A stretch of 64,000 nucleotides of DNA from the human T2T-CHM13v2.0 reference genome, Homo sapiens, in NCBI RefSeq assembly GCF_009914755.1, contig NC_060943.1; one strand, 5' to 3'. The position numbers and the translations under genes were made by a program. This document shows positions 52,899-64,000 of the stretch, piece after piece (positions within the stretch are counted from its first letter, which is position 1; each line of letters opens with the position of its first letter). A model generated the notes under the pieces. The model had not been told where the DNA came from and searched no databases. It saw only the letters and a program-made list of their open reading frames with translations.

Positions 52899-53344
52899 TG
52901 TGCTAGTTTCCTGGGGCTGCCTTAATAAAGCTCCACAAACTGATTGGCTTAAAACAACAGAAGCTCATTGCCTTGCTTTTCTGCATGCTAAAAGCCCAAA
53001 TTCAACACGTTAACAGAGCTGTGCTCCTTTCCCAACCTCCAGGAGGATTCCTGTCCTTGCCTCTTCTCACCTCTAGTAGCTCAGCTGCTCTTTGGCTTGT
53101 GATAGTTGTGGCAGTATCGCGCCAAACTCTGCCTCCATTTTCTCTCAGTGCCTCTGTCTGAATTGTCTTTTTCTTATAAAAACACCAGTTCTATTGGATT
53201 AAGGATCCATTCTATTCCAGAATGACCTCATCTTAGCTACTCCCATCTGCAACAACCCCAGTCCCAGATAATGTCACATTCTGAGGTACTGGTAGTTAGA
53301 ATTCCAACAGACCTTTTTTGGAAAACAAAATTCAATCTATAACA
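52899..53344 (-). mobile_element. MaLR solo LTR, MLT1B/C-like
   Basis: 'tagtttcctggggctgcc...ggcttaaaacaacagaa...gtcacattctgaggtact...aattcaatctataaca'; perfect 5-bp TSD tgatc. Confidence 0.9.
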
Positions 53345-53487
53345 TGATCCTAGCTACAACTTTGGTGTCTTTTCTCCAATTTCAAGGCAAATTCATCTGC
53401 TATGGGGAGGAAATCTTCCACTACACCAGAGTGGCCATCGAGTTAGAAACAGAAGCTATACCAGGCAGTTTCGTCCTTGTGGCTGGC

Positions 53488-53590
53488 AGGATGACACATG
53501 ACCATTTGCCTGGGAAAGTCCAGGTTTATGCCTGTGACCCAGAGTAAATACTAATAGTGCCCTTTCCATCTCAAAGTTGATGAATTTTGG
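53488..53590. mobile_element. MER94-like hAT-Blackjack MITE
   Basis: 'tttgcctgggaaagtccaggtttatgcctgt...aatagtgccctttc'. Confidence 0.6.
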
Positions 53591-53619
53591 ACAATTATTT
53601 GACATCCCACTTAGAGTAG

Positions 53620-53830
53620 ACATTTTCTGGAGCATTTAGTAAGTATCAAACACTGTGCTAAGACAGTCACAAGCATTGTCTTAGACGATAACCTTATAAC
53701 ATAATTGTCCCCACCTCACAGGTGGAGGAACCCAGGAACTGAACAGCCACAGCCCTGCAGCTGGCAAGAGGCAGAGCCAGGGTCTTAGCTCAGGTGGGTT
53801 TGATTCCCAACCCTGTGAACTTCATCACGG
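53620..53830 (-). mobile_element. MIR relic
   Basis: 'cactgtgctaag...tccccacctcacaggtggaggaac...ggcagagccaggg'. Confidence 0.6.
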
Positions 53831-54665
53831 TATCCTAGTGCCCCCTGGGTGCAGATGGAGCGCAGATTCCTATTTTATTATTCAGAAACTTCAATGAGCT
53901 GAGCTAAGCCTCTTCTCAGCCTTCCCTTCCCCAAGCTGATATTTTACAAATCGCAACCATAATCAAACAATTGTTCTTTTGAATGCATTGCGCTGATTGT
54001 TCTGAAGGGAAAGTCATAGGCTGATGTGTTCCTGGATGGAGCAGAATCTATCATTTTTCTACTCAGGAAGAGGCTGGCTCTGAAAACACAGTGGAACAAA
54101 TTCATCACCCGGGAATGGCGCTAACTGCGTTTCCACAGAGGCCCTGCAGCTCTGGTGGCTGACACTGGGGGCAGGTCTGGATCTCTGCAGTGAAATTGTC
54201 CCTTCAGGTTGGGTGCCACTTTGATATTTAAGAAGGAAGATTCCACTTCACACAAGTGACCCCTTTTGCTAAGAATAACTCCATTAGCTGCTCTTGAAGC
54301 ATTGTGGATCAGCGATTGTTTAGTAGCTGCGTGGTTTTGGTGACTGTTTTGAGTTATACATGTTGTGTCATCTGATGAAGAAGATTCTCATTTTAGTGAA
54401 AGTTTGAGGAGTGAGTGCCATGCCTGCCTCTGTGAGCCCTGTCCTGAATGCTAGCAGGCATCACCTTGGATTGAAAGCTGGAAAGTTAACTCTGATGCAG
54501 GAATACAACAAAAAACATTCAGTGATGCACCTTGTTTAACAAAACCAAAGATTTTGTCCATCCCGTCATAAAGACAGCTTCTGGTAAATTTGGAGAAAGA
54601 GAGGGATATTTCTTATCTCTCCCTGAGAAAGTGCAGGCTACGTCTTGCACCTGTGCCGCCACCTT

Positions 54666-55025
54666 CTTTAATGGGCCGAGTGGTGCACCCTAAAATTTGT
54701 TGAAGCCCTAACCCCTAATGTGACTGTACTTAGAGACAGATTTTACAGAAGTAATTAAGGTTAAATTAAGGTTATAAAAGTGGAATCCTAATGACCTTAG
54801 AAAGCGGATCCCTTTGTCTGCACGAACACACAGTAAAAAGGCCGTGTGAGGACTCTGAGGAGGCCGCTGCCTGCCATCCAGAGTGAGAGCCCTTACAAGA
54901 CTCTAACCCTGCTGGCACCAAGATCTGAGACTTCCAGTCTTCAGAATTGTGAGAAAATAAATTTCTGTCACGTAAGCCTCCCAGCCTGTGGTATTCTGTT
55001 ATGACAGTCTGAGCTGACTAACACA
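54666..55025 (+). mobile_element. MaLR LTR, MLT1A-like
   Basis: 'gttgaagccctaacccctaatgtgactgta...gtaattaaggttaaat...tgtgagaaaataaatttctg...gactaacaca'. Confidence 0.85.
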
Positions 55026-56043
55026 GCCTTGATCTCCATAGCCCCCACCCTCCACACTGACATGCTTCTCTCACCCTGAGGACTGATCCTTTTCCTTCAT
55101 TCCCCAAAAGCACCACACTTTCATAAAAGCTTGGAAGCATGCTGGGTGACTGCAGCACAGAGCTTATAACAAAATCATGAATGTGATTGCAGACATAAGT
55201 CTTCCTAGAGATAAACCTAATTGACAACTTCCCCCTGTAGGAAATTTTCTACGGCCCTTATATCAGCATGCTGCTACACTTTTCCCAGCACCCTTCTTAC
55301 CCCTGTCATTTTCCCTGCACTTCAAATGAGAAGGAAATTCCTTCTATAGAGTCTGGGGCCCTGTGCCCATGTAAGGGATTTTCTCAAGAAGACCTCGATA
55401 ATACAGGGAGAACAAGCTATTGAAGAAAAGCCCAAAATTCAAGTAAGGGTGAGAACTGCAACCTCCCTACCAAACTGGTGAGGTCAAGCTAGCACCCCTG
55501 ATGGCAGACACCGGGGAGCTACAAGGAAGGAATGTGGGCACAAAGTAAAAACTGTGCTAAATTGCCAACGTTTCCAGTTTTCCAGCTGTGGCCATGGTAG
55601 CCAAAGCCATCATAGCCCAGCCAAATTTACTGAGCATTTCTGGCTTCTGTCTCCACAAAGCCAGATGAAGGAGTAAAAGGGAAGACTTGGAAGCCTAATA
55701 TCTCTAAGACACTATAAAGACAAGAAATGGATAACAGTGGTCACCAGGAAGGAGGCAAAACTGGAGATCTGGAGAACAGAAATGGAATAAAGACTTCATT
55801 TTTCACTCTAGATTCTCAATTTTCACTTAGTTTTCAGGGCTTTTTTTTTTTCTAATCATAGATTAGCAATTAAACACTTTTAATAAAATGATTTTAACAG
55901 CACTAAATTACATAAGAAAAAAATTCACAGTGCTATAGAAAATAAACCAATGGCCAATGAACATAGAAAATGCTATCAACATGACTCATCATTAAATAAA
56001 TGCAAATTAAAGGTAGTAACAATAACATCCAAATTACTCCTCA

Positions 56044-56597
56044 GTGATTTCTCAAAGAACTTAGAATGGCCGTTTGAACCAGCAATCCCATTGCTGGTCA
56101 TATATCCAAAAGAAAAGAAGCTGTTGTACCAAAAAGACACATGCTCGTGTGTTCATCACAGCACTATTCACAATAGCAAAGACATGGAATCAACCTAAGC
56201 GCACATCAGTGGTAAGCTGGATAATAATTCCATGTACACCATGGAATACTGGGCAGCCATAAAACAGAATTAAATCATGTTCTGTGCAGCAACACGGATG
56301 CAGCCAGAGGCCATTATCCTAAGCAAATTAACGAGTAAACAGAAAACCAAATACCACACGTTCTCACTTATAAGTGAGAGCTAAACACTGGGTACTCACG
56401 GACATAAAAATGACAATAGAAATTGGGGAATACAAGGTTGGGGGAAAGGGTTGAGAAACTCCCTATTGGGCACTGTGCTCACTACCTGGGTGATGTGAAT
56501 CCATCATACCCCAAACCTTAGCATCACGCAGTATACCTATGTAACAAATCTGCACATGTACCCGCTGAATCTAAAATAAAGGCTGAAATTATTTTTA
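56044..56597 (+). mobile_element. L1PA15/16-like 3' fragment
   Basis: 'ccaaaaagacacatgc...cccaaaccttagcatcacgcagtatacc...ctgaatctaaaataaa'; possible TSD aaattactcctca/aaaatattcctca. Confidence 0.9.
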
Positions 56598-59014
56598 AAA
56601 ATATTCCTCACTGGCCTTATAAGTAGGCTATATTCTCAGCTTGCCAGAAAGACTATTTTAAGAGTTGCTTTTTAAAAATTTTCCCAAGAGTTAATCTGTC
56701 AATCTAAAACTTCTTTTCCACTTGTAATTTCATAGCAAAACCAATACATATATATTTCCTGAAGGTGGGGAGAAAAGGAGAATGTGAATTTTCTCTTTTA
56801 AAAAGCAAGTGTCAGGGGTTATTACATTTCAGAGGTTATCACACAAATCCACAGGCTTTGGGTCAGGCTATAACTCTGGGAAACAGGAGTTCTCTTTTTC
56901 ACTCTATCCACTTTAAAATATAACTTAGAAAAGTAATTTATGTCCTTCTTAAAATTCCACTCATGTTTACTGCATGGGACTGTGAGTAGAAGAGGCCTCC
57001 AGGCACCTCACACACCACAACAAGCAGGACCATATTACTTTGGTGACAGTTCTTATATATGAACTATTGCTTAGAGCAATGGGGATGCAAGAAGGCCGCA
57101 AAGACTTCAAGTGGAATGCATGCATCTGTCTATCAACTTTCAGGCCAAGGGGGAGTAAACAAGAGAAATAGATCCATTAATAAGACAAAAATGTCAAGAA
57201 TAGACAGACATCAACAGAAATTACAGTCTCTGAAGAAGCAGTAGCAATAGAACTGCTCAGATGACAAGAAAAGGATAGTTTCTGTGGATAACACTGTTAA
57301 AAGCATTTCCACATTTATTTCCTTCTGTTTGCAACCTTAAGATGTGCAAAATGTTAAACAGAATCAATGCCTGGAGAATAAAGAACACTTGGAAAAGGAA
57401 CTCAGAGAGCCGTATCTTCCAAGCTGGGAGGCCTGGCTTCCCCACTTGTTCCTCCCAGTACCGTGGAGGCAGCGTGGGAAATGCTCATCTGCTGTTATTC
57501 TGGGCAAGAGGGGAGTGAGGTCCCTTGGAAGCAAACACGAGCTTCTTAGTTATCTTTCTACCATCATCCTTTCAGTACCAGCACAATTTTTCCTCCTCTT
57601 CTTTTCAGATTTGCTGGTATGACAGTCAGATTTCTCCCATGGATGTTGGCCAGAAAATTCCCTGGTCTCTCAATGCCAGGAAAAGATGCTGACCTCACTT
57701 CTCTCCCAAACGGAGAGCTTGGCCAAAGAGGTTAAATCACAACAGCCCCAAATGATTTTTTAAGTGAAAATAGATTGTCTAATTTTCCCACCCAAAAGCC
57801 TTGCCTTGGTCACCCCTAGAGCTAAGCTTATGGGGATAATTCATCTGTAACATTTTTAATTACATCGATCCTGTCACTAAAATTGTGCTAACATTTTTTA
57901 TTACATGGAAAAATACTTGTCAACAATATTAGTAGTGAAAAAACATAAAAATTATATAAAATACTCTCTCAACTTTTTCACTTATTTTTGCATAAGAACT
58001 GTCCGATCTTTTTCTGTTCTCTGCATCATTCTATATATTTCTATTTTTCCCAAATAAATAGAAGTTTTCTCATAAAACGTGTAATTTTTAACAATCTAAT
58101 GGAATTTTTAGTATAAAAAGAAAGAAATACATTTTAAAGCTGAATTTAAACATGCAGAGAAAATTGTTGGGAAGCAAATTTCTAATTAGAATAAACAACC
58201 ACTGCACTAAAAACAAAATTCCTCAATTGAACTTTCTCTTGTCCCTAAAATTACATCCTTCAGCATGAACTAGGGGACTAGGCAGAATCAGAAGCCTGGA
58301 AAACCACCACTCCTCTCGCCACTCACTCTCTCTGTGGCCTTGGGTAATAACCTAATCAAATATCAATTTCACTGATAAGAATCTGCCAACTGTTCTAGTA
58401 AAAAAAAACAAGCAAAACATAGGTGTGGGGGGCTTAAATTTAATTATTGATTCTCTGCACATGTAGACCTACACTTCCATTAACTTTCGCTTGGACACCT
58501 GAAAGAAAAAGCAGAACCAAAGTAGTTTCAAAAAGGACTCTCCCCAAGGCACTTTTTACCAGCCCACCATAAATTCCACCATTAAAGACTTCTGTCTCTG
58601 TGTTGATTATTTCTCCTCTTGTAAAAGACGCACACATAATGTTGTGGTAAGTCAACGGTTTTCTTAATGGGCCTCATGCAGTCTTGTGGGGCAAGGTTGG
58701 GGGTAAACTCAAAGTAAAAAGGATGGAATTGAGTGATTAGACCTCAAAGGATGGAGCTCCTTGGAGTGTAGGAAGGGAGATGGGCTATGTAGAGGGTGCT
58801 GATGCAAAACAGGAGATGGGGGATTTGGAACCAATCATCAGAGAGAACAAAATAATAATTTTGGATAAACTGTGACCTTACTATTAGAGTTGCCTGGTGA
58901 TCAGCCAGATTTGGTAAAATAATTTATATGAGCCAAGATCCCCAAAAGATATAGAGAGTCCACTCAGTTGGAATTGAAGAAATTTAACAAAGAGGCTACT
59001 TACAAAGGTGGGGG

Positions 59015-60027
59015 TGCCAGAGAAGGTCCAGTCAGAGAAAGAAACTACATGAGTAACTGAAGCAGGGGAAGCTGATACAAAGAATTGTTAACTAGAAAGA
59101 GTGACTTTCTTCACAAAGAAGTAAAATAAGTCTCAAGGGTTCTGAAAGAAAATGCAGAAAGCAGCTGCCACCTGTTGCCTGAGAGAAAGTGAACAAAGAG
59201 GCAGCTTAAAGAGGGCCTGTGATATAGACTGAATTGTGTCCCTCAAAATTCATATATTGAAGCTTCAACCCCCAATGTGACTGTATTTGAAGACAAGGCC
59301 ATTATGGAGGTAATTAAGGTAAATTAAGGGCATGAGAGTGGGGCCCTGATCTGATGGGATTAGTGTCCTTGTAAGAAGATGCACTGGCACTCATCCTCCC
59401 ACCATGCACCTGCACTGAGAAAAGGCCATGTGAGCACAGAGAGAAGGCAGCCGTCTGTGACCCCAAGGGAGAGCCCTCACTGGATACTCACACTGCAGGC
59501 ATTGAGAGCTTGGATTTCCAGTTTCTAGAAACATGAGAAAATAAATTTCTTTTGTTGAAGCCCTGCAGTCTATGTCATTTTGTCAGAGCAGCCTTAGCAG
59601 AATAATCCAGCCTCTCGAAGCTGAGATTCAGATATTTTTGAAGAGATCCTGGCCACCACCACATGCAGCCTGCACCAGAGGGAGTGAGCTGAAGCTGGTC
59701 ATAGGACAGCCCACCAGGTGACAGAAAAACTTTTCAGAAAGTGCTGGTCCAAACTAAGAGCCCAGTGGCTTGTAGAAAAACTTGCTAGAGGCTGTGGGTG
59801 GGCCAAAGCTGGTCCCTAGAAGACTGCTGAAGAGAATGTCTTCATGCCTCCCACATTCCCATTCACTGTGTCAAAAATATGCATGGCCATGAAGTGTTCT
59901 TTAATGCTCTCTATTAATAAAGTTTCATACTGAATGAGCTGGCAAAGGAGAATTGTTTGCACGTTTTATGTTCAGTGCTACAGAACTGCACGTTTGGGCT
60001 GAGAGGCAATAAATTGATAACTGACAG
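59015..60027 (-). mobile_element. Ancient LTR (LTR78-like), split by MLT1A
   Basis: 'ggtccagtcagagaaagaaactac...aagaattgttaactag' and 'ggcaaaggagaa...gggctgagaggcaataaattgataactgaca'. Confidence 0.55.
59218..59609 (+). mobile_element. MaLR solo LTR, MLT1A0-like
   Basis: 'tgtgatatagactgaattgtgtccctcaaaattcatatattgaagc...gagaaaataaatttc...gcagccttagcagaataatcca'. Confidence 0.9.
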
Positions 60028-60535
60028 AGGGAAAAACAAGGCACATTGAGGAACCGTGAGACTAGCAACAGTTGTAAGACCTATAACTCAGGTTTCAAGC
60101 CAAGGTAGAAGAAACAATGTTACTCAAGTTTGGTAATTAATAGAGCCACAGAGCTGCAGTCATAAAGAGATAAAGCCCTGACAGATATTATAGTGTGCAA
60201 AATCCCTCTCTCCCTCCACTCTCTAATCTGTTCATGAATTATCCTGTCTAAATTCACCTGGAAGCAAGAGGGAAATGGAGCTAGGTGATGCTACCTATAA
60301 GCATTTTAGCTTGGGCTCCCCAACCATCAGATCTTGAGACGAGTCTGTGAGTACAAATAATTCAATTGGGAGAAGATGAAGGGAAGGAACAGAATAGTGA
60401 GATATAGAAGGGAAGGAAGCAAATAAAAGGTACATTATTAAGCAAGGAAAAATTATAAGCAAATAAAATTTCCAAGCCAACTCTGGGAGACAGTGTAGAC
60501 CATTGCCCCAAGAGGGTTTAGTTATTATTTATTCA

Positions 60536-60827
60536 TATTTATTTATTTTTGAGATAGGGTATCACTTTGTCACCCAGCCTGGAGTGAAATGGTGTGATCA
60601 AAGCTTACTGAAACCTCAAACTCCTGGGTTCTAGGAATTCTTCCACCTCAGCTTTCTAAATAACTATAACTACAGGTATGCAACACCATACCCTGCTAAT
60701 GTTTGTACTTGTTTGTAGAGACAAGGTCTCTCTATGTTTCCCAGGCTGGTCTTGAACTACTTCCCTCAGGCAATCCTCCTGCCTCCCAAAGCATTGGGAT
60801 TACAGGGGTGAGAAACCATACCTAGCC
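60536..60827 (-). mobile_element. AluJ, diverged
   Basis: 'gagatagggtatcactttgtcacccagcctggag...cccaaagcattgggattacagg'. Confidence 0.88.
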
Positions 60828-60889
60828 AGGTTGATTTATTTATCTATCAACTTTCATTGGTCATTAGTTGAAAATCTCCCCCCAAAAAG

Positions 60890-61620
60890 AAACCAGTGAA
60901 ATTTCTCAGGAGCAAAAACCAAGGCTAAAATATAATGGTATAACATCTTCAAACTGTGAGAAAAAAATCATTGTTAACCTGGAATTCTATACCCAGCTGA
61001 AGTATGATTCATATGTAAGGACAAAATACTTTTCAGATTAAAACAAATTAGGAGTTTTTATTTATGTGCAGGGTCTCAAAGAATGAACTGTCAGACTATT
61101 TCCTTCAAGTAATAGGAAATAAAACCTGAAAGAAAAAAATAAGTGTAAGGGACAAATATAAAAAAAAAATTGGCAAATAGATGGACAAATGTAAATGTGT
61201 GTGTATGTTGTGTGTGTATGTGTTGTGTGTGTGTGTGCATGTGTCTAACACATCATAGGAAAACTGCCAAACATTGGAAACAAGGAGAAAAGTATTAAAA
61301 GCAATAAAGAGTGCATTGCATATAAGAGAATGTATATAAGATATAATATTGCATATGTGTACTACATATTGTTTATATATACCTACATACATATGTAGAT
61401 ACATATAAACACACATGTATTATGTGGTAATAATGAAATATTATTAGCTTTTAACAAGTTAGCTAGAACTGAAACACTGGTGAACAATAACATAAAGTAT
61501 GGTGGGAATAGGCCAGAGATAAAGTTTTCTAAATTTTTTAACCATTTAAGTTGAAGATGAAAATACTTATTAATTTTAGACTCCATCATCAAGTATGCAT
61601 GATTAATGTTCTTTAAAGAA
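60890..61620 (+). mobile_element. Ancient L1M ORF1/inter-ORF relic
   Basis: 'aacatcttcaaactgtgag...gttaacctggaattctatacccagctgaagtat...ttttcagat'. Confidence 0.55.
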
Positions 61621-62210
61621 GCAAATAGAAGTTTTATTTATATTTTTAACATGGAATAGGGCTTGTTATTTTATTTTAAATTTAAAAAGAAGTACATATT
61701 TATCATCTGCAATTGTTGTTTTGAAGTATGTATACGTTATGAAATGGCTAAATCAAGCTAATTAACATATACATTACCTCACATACTGATCATTCCTTCT
61801 GTTGTGAGAGCACTTAAAATCTATTTCTTAGCAATTTTCAAGAATATAGTAAGTTTTTACTAACTAAAATCACCATGTTGTATGATAGATCTCTTTGTCT
61901 TATTCCTCTGGTCTAACTAAAATTTTGTATCCTTTGATCAACATCTCTCCAACCTACTCCCCATACACGCCTACCAACTCTAGCCCCAAATCACTATTCT
62001 ATTCTCTACTTCTATGAGTTCAACTATTTTAGATTCCACATATAAGTTAGATCATGTGGTACCTGTCTTTCTGTGCCTGGCTTATTCTCTAAACGTAGTG
62101 TAGTCAAAATTTATCCATGTCCAAAATTTTCTTCTTTTTAAGGCTCTTTTTAAAGACCGAATAGTATTTCAGACACACGCCTACACAACACACACACACA
62201 CACACACACA

Positions 62211-63719
62211 CAGAGGAACTTCAAAAAATTAGTGAAAAATTAAATTAAAGGATAAAAATTAAAAATATAAACTTTGTTTCTCAATGTAAGCTCCATCAAG
62301 TTCAATTAACTTTGTAATTGATGACATCAGCCATTAAGTCAATTTCTAAAGAACTGAAGGTCCTGGAAATTTAATCATGTCAGTGCAGTCTTTTTCACAT
62401 TATTGACAGAAAATAAGTGGGTTCTCTTTACAGATCTTTTTAACATTAAGAAGCAAACAGAAGTCAGAAGGAGCCAAATCAGCACTTTCAGATGGATGTG
62501 TAATGATTTTCTATCAAAACTCCCCCCACAGTGTTCTTGCCAATGAGAGAAATGAGCAGGAGCATTGTTGTGGTGGAGAAGGATTCTGGTGAAGTTTTCT
62601 TTGGCATTTTTCTGCTAAAGCTTTGGTTAACTTTTTTGAAACACTCTCATAACAAGCAGATATTATTGCTCTTTAGCCCTCCAGCAACTCAACAAGCAAA
62701 ATGCCTTGAGGATACCAGGAAACTGTTGCCATGACCCTTGCTCTTGGCTGTCTGATTCTGTTTGGACTGGACCACTTCCACCTCTTGGTAGCCATTGCTT
62801 TGATTGTGCTTTGTCTTCAGGATCATACTCATTAAGACATGCTTCATCTCCGGGTACAATACTTTGAAAAAATGCTTCAGAATTTTTATCCCCCTTGTTT
62901 ATATGTTTCATTGAAAACTCTGCTCTTGTCTGCAGCTGACCTGGGCACAACAGTTTTAGCACATATCAAGTAGAAAGTTTGCTCAACTCACTGGGTGTGG
63001 TGGCTCACGGCAGTAATTCCACTTTGGGAGACCAAAGTGGGCAGGTCACAAGGTCAGGAGTTTGAGACCAGCCTGGCCAACATGGTGAAATCCTGTCTCT
63101 ACTAAAAATACAAGAGTTAGCTGTGTGTGGTGGTGGGTGCCTGTAATCCCAGCTACTCGGGAGGCTGAGGCAGGAGAATCACATGAACCCAAGAGGCAGC
63201 TCAGCTTTAACTTTTCAGAGAGAATTGTGTAGGCTGAACCGAATGAGATCTCTATGGCACTGGCTATTGTTTGTGCTGTTAATTGTTGGTTTTCTTCAAT
63301 TATGGCATAAACAATATGAATTTTTTTTATTATTGCTTACTTACGCAAATTGATGTGGATAGTCTGCTCTTGCATACTTTATCTTCAACATGTCTCATCC
63401 CTTCTTAAAACAAGGTATCCATTTGAAAAGTACTAATTTTGGGGGGGCATTGTCCCCATGAACTTTTTGTAAATCACCTATGGTTTCATCCTTCTTTGAC
63501 CCAAACTTAACCATAAATGTAATTTTTTTGCTTCAATTTTAACAGACTTCATGTTGCTCAGATAGGGGCTCTTTTCAAACTCATGCCTTATTCTTCTACT
63601 AAGTGTTGTTCACACATATTAGGTATGAGTTTATTTTGTTGCAAAAAAATATTTTGAAATCCATACATGATTGTTTTTTCATAGTAATCATTTTCCATGA
63701 GCTTATTGAAGAGCCCTTG
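62211..63719 (-). mobile_element. Hsmar2 mariner DNA transposon, near full length, inactive
   Basis: TIR-like ends 'cagaggaacttcaaaaaattagtgaaaaa' / 'ttttccatgagcttattgaagagcccttg'; ~1300 bp without the Alu; ORF 62663..62962(-) 'IVPGDEACLNEYDPEDKAQSKQWLPRGGSGP' is mariner transposase (TGDETW motif degraded). Confidence 0.92.
62989..63198 (+). mobile_element. AluS (Sg-like), 3'-truncated, no poly(A), within Hsmar2
   Basis: Alu from 5' end to 'gaacccaagaggca'; flanked by gctcaact/gctcagct. Confidence 0.9.
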
Positions 63720-64000
63720 TGTGTCTGTATGTATATCACATTTTCTTTATCTATTCATCCACTGATAGACACTTAGGTTGATTTCACATTTTGACTGTTG
63801 TGAATAATGCTTTGATAAATATGAGAATGCAGATATGTCTTCAACATACTGATTTCATCTTCTTTGAATGTACACCCATTAGTGAGATTGCTGCATCATA
63901 CCGTGGTTCTATTTTAACTTTTGAGAAACCTCCACACTGTTTTCCATAATGGCTGCACCAATTTACATGCTCACCAACAGTGTGCAAGGGGTCCCTTTCA

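Larger units (their letters stand above)
61665..64000 (-). mobile_element. L1MA8-like 3' end, interrupted by Hsmar2, running off window
   Basis: 'aaatggctaaatcaagctaattaacatatacattacctcacatact'; resumes 'tcacattttctttatctattcatccactgatagacacttagg'. Confidence 0.88.

Overview
Primate (human/great-ape-like) genomic DNA, apparently intergenic or intronic, dominated by transposable elements. I found no supportable protein-coding gene, RNA gene, CRISPR array or CpG island; the ORFs I can assign are TE-derived or low-complexity, and the rest are unassignable short ORFs. Main contents: a ~7.4 kb decayed L1PB-like LINE-1 (with nested THE1 LTR and Alu), an intact 969-bp HERV-K(HML-2) LTR5 solo LTR with 6-bp TSD, a near full-length Hsmar2 mariner, an ERV1 LTR-PBS-leader fragment, many MaLR/ERVL LTRs, ~15 Alus or Alu pieces, MIR/L2 relics and two long polypurine tracts. 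I found no new biological system. The most interesting signals are small mutational scars: a 39-bp inverted, locally templated insertion inside THE1, a tailless 3'-truncated Alu with a TSD, a ~45-bp L1 micro-insertion, a probable micro 3' transduction, and an LTR5 copy lacking the OCT4 motif. Repeat subfamily names come from recalled consensus sequences and need RepeatMasker/Dfam confirmation. Boundaries without a TSD are approximate.
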